DNA from: Callorhinchus milii
Lineage: Eukaryota
Reading direction: 5' to 3'
NCBI RefSeq assembly: GCF_018977255.1
Contig: NW_024704743.1
Location: 39,992,001 to 40,056,000, forward strand
DNA: 64,000 nt
The notes below the pieces were generated by a model. It had not been told where the DNA came from. It did not search any database and worked only from the letters and a program-made list of their open reading frames with translations. The translations under genes and the position numbers were made by a program. Shown here piece after piece: positions 1 to 13,145 of this stretch (positions are counted from its first letter, which is position 1; each line of letters starts with the position of its first letter).

Positions 1-775
1 TATGCTTACTACAAAGGGTCTCAGTATACACAAAGCAGAAAACATTATTGGCAGTGTCTGATGTCCAAGAAGTTATCTTGTTTCAACACAAAAATCTAAA
101 AATCTGACTTTTAGGTCATCAGACTTCTGCCTAAATCACGAGAATTGGCTGTTTCGTTCACCTAAAATAAACAGTTTACACTTCACAGTATATTTCTGTG
201 AAGTGCTTTGAGATGTCTCGACAAAGTGATAAAGCACTACATCAAATGCAAGGATTATTTATATATTATTATTGTGCTCTTGCACTACATAAAAATTCAC
301 CAATTGTTGAATTACCTTGATTTATCATCTCATTTGAAAGATGGCACTTCCAACAGTACAACACCACTCCAGCATCACATTGGTGGGAAATACCTTGGCA
401 AATCCTACTCCCTACTGCCTATCCTGGGATGGATTATTTCACTAATAATGATATCATGTGAAAAGGTATAGTATTTTTTACTACCTTTTGCAATTTTCTT
501 TGGGTCAGTACATATTGTAATACAGAGTTCCATGCATCAAGCACCTATTATAAATTTAATGATAACCTTTCAAAAAACAATTTTTAAAAGAAAACTTTGA
601 ATGAATCGTTTCATTCCAATGTCTCCCAACTACAAAATCAATTAGTACAATAGTCATTTTCAATTAAATAGATTGCACACTCAAAGAACGTTAATTAACA
701 ATACTGATTCATCTTTACCGGATGATGATGTTTTAAACGCTTCTTTTGTATTATTGCTTTAGGATAAGTTAAATA

Positions 776-1130
776 ATAATAATAATTCTTGCATTTGCTT
801 TAGTGCCTAATCATGTCTTTGATATGTCTCAAAGTGCTTCGCAGAATGTACTGTAAAGTGTATTGACTGTATATTTGTGGGCTAACCACGGCAACCAATT
901 GTGCACGGCAGTGTCCCACAGCAGTCGTGGATTGAGTGACCAACTTATTATTGTTTTTTTGAAGGGATTGTTACCCCTGGAAAAGCGATCCAGGTTCCTA
1001 CTTACTGCTTGTTAAACAGAGGCATGTGGAGTAAGGAAATTTGCCAAAGGTTTCACCCTGCCTGGGAATCGAATCCAGGTCCTCTCGCTTGCAAGACGAG
1101 TGCTCTAACTACTAAGCTATAGGACTTCAC
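776..1130 (-). mobile_element. tRNA-derived SINE, family A long form
   Basis: Same head and tail as 48258-48566 plus an internal cctacttactgcttgttaaacagaggc segment. Confidence 0.88.
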
Positions 1131-4074
1131 AAATACTCATCAGGTAATTCATTGACAGAAAAGAGGAAATGGAATCAGAAGTATCCTGGGTAGCTATTCT
1201 TAGCTCACGTTCCTATAGATTACCTTTAAAGACTCCATAGCAACATAGTATGTGTCCACGGTGTGCAGCTCAGTTTAATTTTTTTTAATAATATGCTTGC
1301 ACAAGGTTCACTAAACCATTGTATCACAAGTTAACAGACAATGAAATTCCTTTCAACAAAAATGTATCAATAAATTGGATGACTTTCTTAAATCATTGTA
1401 CAAATTGATATCCAATAATTAAACCACGATATATATGAATTTTGTGTTTGTATTTCCTAATCTCTGGAGTGCTCTCAAAATCCCTCTGCCTGCTTTCAAA
1501 ATTCTCCTATTTTCAAAAAGAAAAGGGAGTTTCTCTCTGTGTCCTGGCTATCAACCACCCCAGATAAAATTAGTCAGTCACTTAATTCATGGCTGTTTGT
1601 GGGACATTGCTGTGCACAAATTGGCTGCCACATTCACCTATGAAAATGGAGTTACTATACTTTACAGTAAATCTTGTGAAGCGCTTTGAGTCATCCTCCC
1701 AACATGAAAGGGGCTATTGAGTTGGTGTATTTTCCTGACTTTCCAAACAAAGCAAGGACTTGTAAGATGTTTGGAATAAAATGTTTTTTTCTGTTGCAAT
1801 CAACTCTTTAGGTATCTCAGTCCTTTATCTTTGCTTTTTATTCAGTTCACGTCCTGACAAGAACAAATAGTTCAGATCATGGTTTCTGCAAAGAATATTG
1901 TCAGATGTAGAACTTATATTTTGCTTTGATCATAAATTACAGAGGTACTTTCCAGTCAATTTCAGCACTTCGCGTGCAAAAGGACATCTCAGCATTAAAA
2001 ATAAAATGTTCTACTCATTACTTCGACCTTCAATTTAAATCAGTGTCACCATTGCAAGGTATAATTTCACAATGGATGACAGGCTAATAAACACCTTTTA
2101 TCATTCATGTCTATCAAAGAATTGCTAAAAGTGTCCAGCACCTGAAGCAAATGATGTATTTCACTTTGTGCAGAAGATGTTGTGTCTCGGTACCAGAAAT
2201 GGAAATAAAGAAAATAGTCTACTGAGAAAACTCGGAAATCACTAGTGCAGATTAGCAGCTGTATGTGCTATATAATTATGCTCTTAAATTCTAAATAACT
2301 GTATTTTGTAAAGCACTTTGTGACAGGTGCTTTGCAAATACAAGTTATTATTGTTACAGTATTACCGAAAAACAAAAATTTCAATGTTACTACAGAGGAA
2401 ACAATACAAAGTCTTGATTTTGAATAACTTTCATTAGAAGATACTGTTGTACTGTAGATTGAGAGATGATCTGCATGAACAGACAGATCACCAACAACTT
2501 TGAGAACAGTCCTGGTACATGCATGTTTCCATTGATTAGAATAATTCCCATCTAATTGATGCTAATACTGTGTGCAGCAAAACGTGACTCACAAGGAGTG
2601 TTTGCACTCAAAAGGTAAATGTCCCATTTTAAATGCAGAGCACGGCTATACTTACTTTGGGAATATACTTTAATTCAGATAAAACATCACCACCTCCATT
2701 TTACAAGCTCACTGACAAAGATGAGGGACCAGCCACTGTGTTGGTAAGTTTGAAGCTATTCCCTCCTAGTAGTTGACATTTGTCAAAAATAATATATTGC
2801 AAATAGTTGAGCACAGACATTGAAACCAAACAAGCATTTTCTCATTTGCATTTTCTTTTCAGATATTTTTCTACCCTGTCGTTTTGTGTCTCTTATATCA
2901 GCTGTTTCTTTAGCTTTGCTCCTTTGTTCTTTTATTTCTCGTTGCTGTTTCTCTCCATTTCTGTTGCTTTATTCTATTTATTGTGTCTCCATTCCTCCTC
3001 TATTCCTAACCTTTGCTTTGTTTCCACCCACTGTCTATTTCCTGCATTTGGGCTAATCTTGTTTGATACCTGTTTATTTTACCTCTAACTCCCTTCTCTT
3101 ATTTTCATCCCTTCAACTCCCAATCTCCCTTTGATCCTTAATCTTTCGATTCTATTGAATCCTTTTTACCTTTTCAATTTGCCTCTGAGATCCTTGTGTG
3201 GTAAATATACTTTATTACACCTTGTCTGCCATCCTAATGCTCTTTTATCCACTCTCATTAGTATAATATCCCATGTTATAGCTCACTCATTTTTAATGAG
3301 TCACTTTCTCAAGAGAAGCATTGCTGTGAGGTGGATTGATCAGAATTTTCGCCTCTGCCCACGCCCGCAACCCCCCACACCCCCACACACATACACAAAC
3401 ACACATCTGTGAGAGTAATTTACTCAAGACTGCCTCCTTGTTGTAAGAACAAGAATCAGAAGAAAGCAGAACAGATGGTGACAGGTCAATCAGCCGTGAC
3501 AAAGAAAGCAGAAGTTCCCTGAATATTTATAATTTGGCTTCCTATATTATATTGGTGGGATGAAAGTTACATAAACTTTGGGAATCCATATACAGCTGGC
3601 AAAACTAGTTGCTGGGCTATTAAAACGTCCTGAAAAGAGTGATCTCCCATGCAAGGTCAGCAGAAGCTTTACAATTGCTAGAGTCTTTAAAAATCAGCGT
3701 GTACTCACTTTACTCACTATACTATGTGTTATTCAATCCCTGCTGCCTCCAAAAGCGGCTGAACGCACATCCCAGGCCCGCTACCGGGAGAACAGTTCTT
3801 ATATCATTACTTTAATAATGGCTGTGTCACACATCACTGTGCAACACAACAGGTTAGTTTTGCAAACAAAATATGAAAAATGTAGCTCTAAACCTTCTGT
3901 TTATGCTGGGGAACAAAGGAGGTATATTCACTTCCCAGCAAATCATGAATGCAACCATTATTAGACACAGAAAAGTAATTAAAATAAATGTGAGAAATTC
4001 AAGAGTGATTATTTATCATGTTGATGCAGATTTGATATAAACAATTAATTATCTGTGACATTCACTTTGAATAG

Positions 4075-4310
4075 CGGTATAAGGAGAACTGAATGTAAGC
4101 CACTCAACAACAACAACTTGAAGATTAGAATCTCAGAGCACTTGCCAGAGCAATGGCGGAGCCTGACACAGACCGGGAGGAGGGGAGAGGTGACCGTAGG
4201 CAGGATCAAAAAGGAAGGTGTTTCAGCATGATCTGAAAATACGGAAGGAGGAGGCAAGGCGGAGGGATTGTGGGAGCGAGTTTCAAAGTTTCGGGGTGTA
4301 GTGGCTAAAA
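4075..4310 (-). mobile_element. Decayed L2 3' fragment
   Basis: caacaacaac tail and purine-rich antisense body similar to 61031-61260. Confidence 0.6.
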
Positions 4311-4727
4311 TTAATGCTGCATTGGTGCAATGTTTTTGATGATGATTCACCACAAAAGGTTTAGAGTATATCTTGGTCAATGGAAGTAATTTTAAAGCAA
4401 GCCCCACTACTGAAACCATCGTGAGAAATAAATAATCCTTCCATTTAATTTAGAAATGTATCTAATTACTGAAAAGTCTCAAAACACTTCACAGGATGTG
4501 AAAAGTATAGGGACTGTATATTTTGTAGCTTGACATAGCAGCCAATTTGCACACAGCAACGTCCCACTAACAACCATGAAGTGAATCACCAAATTTATCT
4601 AGAAAATTGTTGGGTAGTTCACTAGGAGAAACGGTCTTCTCNTTTTTAATACTGTCCTGGGATCCTTGACATGGAAGGCACTATATCAAATACAAGAATT
4701 CTTATTCTTGGATTACTTTATTATTAT

Positions 4728-4936
4728 AAAATTTCAACTAGGTCTAGGGTAAAATTTCAAATGGCATTCCAGAGTGTCTAGAATTTGACAAATTCTTCAA
4801 TTCAGCCTTAATTTTGAAGCTTTTAAGTTCGATAGAAAAACTGCTTCAAATTTAAAAATGCATTCAACAATCTGTCAACTTCTGGTCACTAAAATGTTCT
4901 ATAAATAGAGTAAATCTGGACGCAGGCAGAATTTTA
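4728..4936. mobile_element. Fold-back MITE-like palindrome
   Basis: Shares the exact 22-mer tataaatagagtaaatctggac (4900-4921) with 44446-44467; imperfectly self-complementary. Confidence 0.6.
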
Positions 4937-6139
4937 TTGAGTGTCTTTCTTAATTAATGGTATTAGTCTAGTGCCTTGTGAAATGTGCTATATGAATGTA
5001 ATTGTGTTGTTGTAATTTTGTTGTAGTTTTATTTTAGCAACCCCTAGCAATTGCAATTAAGAACAGAAATAAAAAATAGGTTTCCTATACCACAACACAA
5101 TCGGGGCATAATATTCAGATTATAAAGAAAAATGTTTCAAATCTTATACCATGGGCAATGATAAAATTCTTAGCATTCTAGAGGATGCAAATTATGTATA
5201 AACCTTAATTACCTCTTTGTTGGTTCTTTTAAGAGCTTCAGAAAGCTGGCTTCACAATCAAAACTGAATTAAAAAATTGTTCAATGTTTTCACCGTATGA
5301 GAGGATAATAAAAAAAAATCCAAGTCTAGGCCAAGGTGTCACTTCTACCGACTGTTCTATATTTAGTGAGCTCAGCCAGGGTGAAGTTCATTCTTTGTAT
5401 GTGAAAAACAGAAGTAGGGATGCTGCAAATAGGCTTAGCAGTCACTGATGAGGATATAAATCAGTCAAGGTTTGTGTTCGTAACACTATTCAGTGTTTCC
5501 TGTTTGAAGTTTTGTATGCAAGTACAGGAATGATTGGGTTTGGCCGCTACTGTTAAGCACTCCAAGATGATACCCCACCTGAAGGGCAATATATAAATGC
5601 AAGTTGTTATTGTTGTTATGTACTGCACCGTCCTCCTACGACTATTCAATGGAGTGGTTCTCCATACATTGTAGTACACAATTTAATATGTTCAGTGCTT
5701 CTTAACTCATTCTTTGTGCTAAATACCACAAGGAATATGTCAAGGAATATGTTAAGGAAATCCTTAAGGGAGTGTATGTTGATGATGCTTTCAGTCTCGT
5801 CTGCTAATGTCGTTAAATCGAAACAGTATTTTCTGATGTCAACTGAACCACTTGTCCTGAATTACAGCTTTTCACAATCTATTAGCCCACATAAAAATAA
5901 CAACCTTGTGTTTCCACGGCAACTTTCACAAGTGGTGTATTTCACAAAGGGTTCCAACACTTGAGAAAACATTCAATGTTAACTAAATGCAATTTTGTGT
6001 TCAGCATTTATTTAGAGTTTTAAGATGGACTCTGTCTCAACCATCATTCCCAGTAGAATATTCCATATCTTAACAACTCTGTTCGTGAAAACAATTATCC
6101 TAATTTCCCCATTTGCTCACTTGCGTGCTATATTAAATT

Positions 6140-6549
6140 GATAAAATTCTTGCATTTGATATTGCAGCTTATCGCAACATCAAGACATCTCAAAGCTGTA
6201 TACTGTAAAGTGAATTGACTGTGTATTGTGTGGGAGAAATGCAGGACCAATTTTGCACGCAGCAATGTCCCCAAAGCAGCCTTGGAGTGAGTGACCAATT
6301 TTATTTGGGAGATTTGTTGGTTTGGACACCAGGAGAAACTCCCTTCGCTTTTCAAATAGTGGGATCTTTAATGTCCACCTGAACAGACAGACAGGACCTG
6401 TGTTTAACATCTCATCCGACAACATAACCCCCCCCCCCACCCCCAGCACTGCATTGGAGTGTCAGCTTAGACTATGTAACTCCAATGTGAATCCACCACC
6501 TGCTGGCTCAGAGGCGATAGTGATAGGCAATACTGCGCCAGGCTGACAC
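6140..6549 (-). mobile_element. DeuSINE-like element, family B (SacSINE1-like)
   Basis: Head GTCAGCCTGGCGCAGT..., central TCTGTCTGTTCAGGTGGACATTAAAGATCCCA, Deu-like GGGACATTGCTGCGTGCAAAATTGG, L2-type tail. The family name is from recalled consensus only. Confidence 0.8.
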
Positions 6550-6959
6550 TCCACATGATTCCCTTCAGCACTCACTGAAATCCATTTGACTTCCAGATTT
6601 ATTTGAAATGGAATGTAAGTCAATGTATACTTACTTGCATACAATAAACAGGGCAGACCCCTATCTAATTATTCTCGATTTCACCACAGATTGCACAGGT
6701 GAAAGGCCACTGTCTGTGCCCCCAGATGCCAACACCCAATCAGTCGCTCTGTAGGCCTCTTAAAGACATTCACAATTTTTTTTGCATTTAGAGAAATAAG
6801 GGAGTGAGATTTGCAATGTTTCACAACTGATTTGACATGGAGTCAGCTATGAAATGCAATAGATTTCACTCAAAAATCCTTAAAATTTTACAGCACAGAA
6901 GAAAGCCATTCAGCCCATTGTTCTCTGTTCTGACTGTTTCTCAGTCTTAGTGGAATGAA

Positions 6960-7330
6960 CTATGAGCAATTAGCTTAAATTAGGCAAATTAGGGCCTTTC
7001 AATCTTGAGAGATGACTGAGGTACATAAAAATGCAGTGGAATTGAAATTGCAAACCTAGAAGATCACTTTAGGATGCACAAAGATAATAGGACATAAGTT
7101 TAGAGTTACCAAAGGGCAATTTCAGTACCGATATCTGAAAGTTTTTTTACCCTGAGAGTAATTGACAACTGTAAGAAGTTACCAGGAAGGGTAGTTTAGG
7201 CCAGGACACTGGACTCATTTAAAGAGCAACTTGATATTGTGAATGAGAGGATGCTAGAATGAGTATTCACAGACTGGAAGGATGAGATCAGATGGATATA
7301 AGAGCTTTCTTCATCTGAACTAATCTTTTG
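6960..7330 (+). mobile_element. CR1 3' fragment; uninterrupted reference copy of a short-tail subfamily
   Basis: aggacataagtttagagt...ggccaggacactggactcatttaaagagcaacttgat...ggatgagatcagatgg. Related copies lie near 12280, 23140, 24765, 38895 and 58815. Confidence 0.7.
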
Positions 7331-9020
7331 ATATGGTGAAAGAGCAATTCATTCAATGCCATTTACCTGATTTTCCCATATTGCTCCAGATTATTCCTCT
7401 GTAGATGTCTACTATATTTCATCTTGAAAGGGGAATGTGGCTCCTGCCTCAGCCACCACACATGGAAGGGAATACCACAAGAACTCTGGGTAAAAAAACA
7501 ATTCTCCTAATTTCTCCCTTCGCCTTTCATGTCGGGAGGACGTCCCAAGGCGCTGGACAGACAGAGTTACGGACCTGAGCTGAGGGTCGGGGTGGGGGAG
7601 GATGACACACAGTTCTGGTCCGACATCTTTGAGTTAAGAAGCATTTATGTACAGAGCTTTTTGTATAAACAAGAAAAGCCAAATCCAGAACTAATTGATG
7701 TTTATAATAAAAAAAACTCTTGTGAATTGAGATGAAATCTCCCTGCACCAGCTCTTCATGGAAATTCAATGAAGCAGATTGGCTGCTGGCTCCAACAGAC
7801 ACTCAGGTGACAACAGTTGGCAATGCCTTCAGAGACTGGCATGTTTTTCATCGTTGCATGTCAATCAAAGTGGCCAGTTTTTCAATACACTTAAATAGTA
7901 GCCAAGCGCTGCTATGCATCAACCATACCCGATAACCAATTGGCTTTGAAATGAAAGTATTTCCTCCAGAGGGTATCATTCGCCTTAAATCGATGGAAAA
8001 TGCAGAGTCGAGAGCTTCACTGAAGACAGCTATTTTATTCCCCCTCAAATTCAGCTTCCAATTAGCATTGTCAGCCAGCTCTAGTAACCTCAACTGAGTG
8101 TAATGAACATGCCAAGATCTAGCCTGAACAGTGTAAAGTGATTGCCAGATAAATAGATGAGGCAATGCTGTCTCTCAAACTGGGCAGATTTACATTCAGC
8201 AGTTTAATGAGTAAACCATTGATGACCATGGCATTTCAGTGCCAAAATGCTCTTTGTTGTCACAGATGTGAGGAAAATAGCACTAAATAATGATGGTTGC
8301 AACCATTTCTACCATTTTGGGGTTTGCTATCGAAATTAAAGTTATTTGAAGGTAAGCGGGAATACATAAGAACATTTTGCAAAGGGATTAGTCAGAAAAT
8401 TGAGATACATATACATAGTACTTTCTGTGAAGCACTTTGAGACGTCCTCCTGATGTGAAAGGTGCTATATCTAATATTATTAGTAATAGTATTATTGCAT
8501 GNAAAAATGAGAGTTGAAGCCCTATTTTGTTCCTCTATAGTGAGGCAAGCTTTGCAAAATAAAGAACCACCAGACACCCTACCCCACCACTTCTCCTGCA
8601 CTCAAACACTATCTCCTTTGTATTAGTGCACATATATTTTACCTTTGTACTGTGCATATTAGGATATTGATTGTAAAAAGCATATAAGCTATACAATACC
8701 ATATTTGAATGAACTGTCCATGTGCATTACAACAACAATAAATTGCAAGAATTTTCATGAGGGTCTAATCTCAGAGATTTGTGAGTAACCATTCTTATTT
8801 AGCACCAGATATGTGTCCGTTCGGGTGACACAATCAATTCAAACTTCCCTAAAGCCAGATTGCAGCAGGAGGAAGTCCCTATTGCCCAGCAGGTGACTGA
8901 CGGCATTAGCCATCCTAGCAATTAAAATCCCCACACTATTGCTTCAAACATTAGGTACCGCTGTCTCCTCCTTGCTTACGTCAACATGGGCACAGATGCC
9001 CCTCTTTACTCAATAATTAA

Positions 9021-9249
9021 AGGCCTGAAATTCTATCTAGACTGAGCCAATAAGACCATTTGGCTCTAAAATGCAGCATTTTGTAGAATTGTGGTAAAAT
9101 ATTACATTCTATCTTGATTTGGAAGCTAGATTTTCATGGTTTTCCCATGAGAACTGATTTCCAAATTAAGACTGAATTTAAGAATTTCCCACAGTTCTGT
9201 GCAATCATAAATTTTAAGGCAAGCCGAAGACTCGAAGGAATTTAGGCCC
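9021..9249. mobile_element. Fold-back MITE, PIF/Harbinger (Tourist)-like
   Basis: Termini AGGCCTGAAATTC ... GGAATTTAGGCCC are inverted, with TAA on both sides (9018-9020, 9250-9252) and an imperfect internal palindrome. Confidence 0.6.
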
Positions 9250-11679
9250 TAACTTGGCTTCACCAACTAGCTGCAGACAGGGCTCTGCCTCAATGTTTTC
9301 CCAGGATGCATTCACTATTCCCCTCCTCCTAGAATAGAACTGAAAAGTATACAGAAGGGAAACCAGGCTTATTACTTGTTATCATTTATTCTGCAGCTGC
9401 TCGGGATTGCAGCTTCTGTAATTTGGGAGTATGGCACTGAAAGTGTGCTTGTAACGATGTGTAATCAGATATAATTGTGTGCTTAGCAGAGATTCCCACA
9501 AAATGCACAGAGATCACACTTTACAGTATATTCTGTGAGGCATTTTGAGACATCCTCCAAGAATAACAGCCACTATATCTAATGTAGGAATCAATTATTA
9601 TTATAATTTCCCCCCTGCCTTCCATCTTTCAAGGTACACCTGAAAACGTACATCTTTGACCCGCTATCGGTCATCTTTCCCCTCAGTTCCCGCGCTCAGC
9701 TCCAGCGACTAGACAGAAATTGTCAATTGCTTTGGGAAACCTTTCTGACATGAAAGGAACTACATAAGACTAAATTGTGCTGGCTCCAATGGACATGAAT
9801 AAATACATTTCCTGTAACAGCACTTGTGTCCCTTGTTTTTGACCTTGAATCTGAGCAATGCTCTGAGACTACTCCAGCAGAGAGCTCAGTTTAACATCTG
9901 TGTCCTAACCAAACATTCCCAAGATAAAATTGCTTATTCACTTTGTGACTGTTCGTGAGAATTGCTGTGTGCAAATTGGTGACCACAATCATTTATCAAT
10001 CACAGTCACTGTGCTTCACATCATGCTTCATGTCAAGCTCCACCATTGTTACTCCAAGATGCTTTTCTGCATGTAGGGCTCCATATAATGCAAGTTGTTG
10101 TTTTTCACAGTAAAAATCCTGTGAAGCAAGTTGAGAACTTCTGATGATGTGATAAGGCACTATATAAATGCAAGGATCAATATTAACACAATAAATTACT
10201 AATCAAATAGTGCAATGGCATCTTTATTCCATCATACAAACAGCAGCTGGAACTGGAGTAAACGTTTCATAAAGAACAGAATCTCCAACAATACTGCACT
10301 GGAGTGTCAGCTTAGACAACAAGCTCAAGTCTAAACCTACAGCTTGAAGCTGAGAAGAGAGTGCTACCTACTGTGACAAACTAACACCTGAAAACACTGA
10401 TTCTGAAATGTCACATAGTCTTAAAAGTACTCAACAAGATAACTGAAACACTGTTTGTTCTAACACAGAGCGTGATTTCTCAAGGAGAAATCTAGCGACC
10501 GATTCAGTGCATGAATGAGATAAATGATGCACGCCAACCTTATCATTCGTGTGACCAACAAAACAATTAATATGGAGGACAATTTGAGCCAATGTGGTAA
10601 TCATTATTGCAAAGTTATCTGTATTTAATCGTTCTCTGGCAAATCTTCAGCAGGCAGGATCCTCACACGAGATTATATCTTATGCTGAAACAAATTTCTT
10701 AATCACAGCTGCTGTGTTGATGTCGCATAACAAGCTGCTGCTTAGAAAGAGCAATGCTAATTTGTACTCCAGTACATTAGATATATTCCAACACAGTACA
10801 AGTGTCTGATATGTATTCATTGCAGAATGTAATTTACATAATGGATCTGCATAAGCTTTTAGTGACATTTATTAAAATAAGCATTAAAAACCTTCAATCT
10901 TTTACTCAAGCTTGAAGTGACTGAAATATTGTGCCTAATCTACTGAAGGATTATTACACCTTTATTACATATGCAATGTTTTCCCAGAATTTGTAGGATA
11001 AGTTGGACAAAAAAGGAGATTGAAGGAAAGCATCTGAATCTCTGTAGCAAAGCAATGTTGGAATGTTGTCCTAAATTCCACTTTACTATATAAAGTGTGA
11101 AGCGTTTTGAGACATCCTCCTGATATAAATGGTGCTACATCAAATGTCAGGATTATTCTTATTACTGTATTATTATTATGTAACCAGTGTAGTTTTAAGG
11201 TGGTTTAGTAACTGGTGCATGATTTTATCTACAAGAATGAAATAATTGGGGCAATTGTCCCCTCATCATTAAATTACCAATGTGTCATATGTTTTCAATA
11301 GATTTTTCCACCACTTACACACACTACCGAGGTTGGTCAATTTACCCACCAATGGAAAATATCATCCTAAGTGACTACTTAGTAGGTGCAAATTACATTA
11401 TATCAATGTGAAGGACTGCAGCACCTTTTAAGTCCATGGTTTATAGATCCAAAAAGCATGGGATTTTGATGAGTCCAGTTCCTGGGTCAAGTAGATCCAC
11501 AGTGCTCCAGGGCACTACTGCTGACAAATTAACCAGCCTGGCTCATTGGCGGTTTTCAACAGAGACCAGTCACTGTTGCCAGGGATTCTTTCCATTCACC
11601 TCCAAGCCAAAGCCCTAAAAGTCCGAACTGGACAAGCAGCAGGAAAGCTTGCCAGTCAGTGCTCTCAATGGCAAACTGT

Positions 11680-11930
11680 ACAGTTTTAGCTGGTTAGAGT
11701 CCAGCAGTACCCCAGCGCACACTCTGGGATGCCCAAATCGTGGCTCTTGCCAAACTGCAACTAATATTTTCCAGAATTAGGTAAGCAGGATGTACCCCTC
11801 AAGGGAGATGGTGCACATTCCATTCCAGTAAGATCTCTGGAATTTTCATGTGTAGGTGGGATGCATGGAATTCTTAGTTTGGTTTGGAGACTCTTCAGCA
11901 TGGTGATGAGTTTCCACATGTGTGAGACAT
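11680..11930. repeat. Unclassified dispersed repeat; inverted copies at ~34430-34662 and ~51580-51810
   Basis: For example cagttttagctggttagagtccagca (11681) versus the reverse complement of tgctggagtctaaccagctaaactg (~34637-34661); ccaaaccaaactaa and ggttggcaag blocks are shared in order. Confidence 0.75.
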
Positions 11931-12600
11931 AGAAAATGATGAGGGAGGAGGGGTCTGATCAGATGAAGAGGAGAATGCGCATAAGCGGGCATTCTACAAC
12001 AACATAAGGTACAACATATACTGGGCAATTCCTTCAGAAGTCTGCTTTAGGGAAGAAAACTATGTCCACACTGTTTCCTTGAGTGGAACATTTGATTTTT
12101 CTGTGGCCATTTTCATGCACCTTCAATGCAATTTTAGTGCTAGCCTTATTTAATCATTAGCGTGGGTTTCATTCCTTTGAGAAGATGGCATATATTATTA
12201 AGGATTTATAGCTGGCAGAGTGCAAAGCTGGAATTTAATCAAGTTCAGATAGTATCCATAAACTACTTCAAAAGATCACACAAGATGAATTTGGATGAAG
12301 AAGGCCCTTTGGGCTAACTGATCTTATCCTTCCAGAATACCCACATTTCCCATCCCACCCTCTCATCACAGCATCAAGCTGTTTTTTTTCAAAAAGGAAC
12401 TCTGAGACAATACCCAGACAGAATAGTGTGAAGGGCGTTATCTAAATGCAAGTTGCTGTTGTTATTGTTAAACATGTCCAGTGTCCGTCCTGACCTCAAC
12501 TACTCTCCGAGTTTCACCCTCATTGCTTATAGTATTAGCTAAATCCTGGAGTAAATTGCAGACCTTTGAGTCAGAGACAACCAACCTCAATCCTATATTT

Positions 12601-13145
12601 GTGTCAATCTGTCTCAGTTGGTAGCACTCTCACCTCTGAGTCAAAATGTTGTGGGTTGCAGCCCCTAGTTGGGACTTGGAAAGTATATAGCCTAAACTGA
12701 TACTCCATTACAGTAATGGTGGAGATGCCATCCTTCAGATGAAATGTGAAACTAAGGCCCCATCTGCTTGTTCAGATGGATGGTAAAGACCCTATGGGAC
12801 AACATGAAAAGTGAAGGTAGTTCTACCGGTAACCAAGCCATCAATCCCTCAAATAAAATTGGTCATTCACTTCATGGCTGTTTGTGAAACATTGCTGTGC
12901 GCAAATTGGCTGCCGCACTTTTCCACAAAACACAGTCATTGATTTTACAGTGTGTCCTGTTGCACTCTGAGTATATCCAACTCTTCCTGAAGAGCTCTGA
13001 GACACCGCCCCGCGTGAAGGGAGCTATAAAACAAGTTGTTATTATAATAATAATTGTTGTTGCTGTTGTATCCTATGAAGTGCTTTGGGACATTGTTTCG
13101 ATGTGAAAGGCACTTTACCAAATGTAAGGATTAAAGATAATATTA
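12601..13145 (+). mobile_element. DeuSINE-like element, family B, with an extra L2-type tail inserted near 12985-13070
   Basis: ctcagttggtagcactctcacctctgagtc head; ctgcttgttcagatggatggtaaagaccc; attgctgtgcgcaaattggctgccgc. Confidence 0.8.

Noticed and set aside
2807..3412. Hydrophobic Phe/Leu/Ser-rich ORFs resembling membrane proteins
   Set aside because: A by-product of a pyrimidine-rich low-complexity tract; no domain or splice support.
5729..5772. Short 12-nt tandem repeat (caaggaatatgt x2 plus degenerate units)
   Set aside because: Ordinary slippage-type minisatellite with nothing else supporting a function.
4642..8502. Single ambiguous bases (n) at 4642 and 8502
   Set aside because: Assembly ambiguities next to homopolymers, not biological features.
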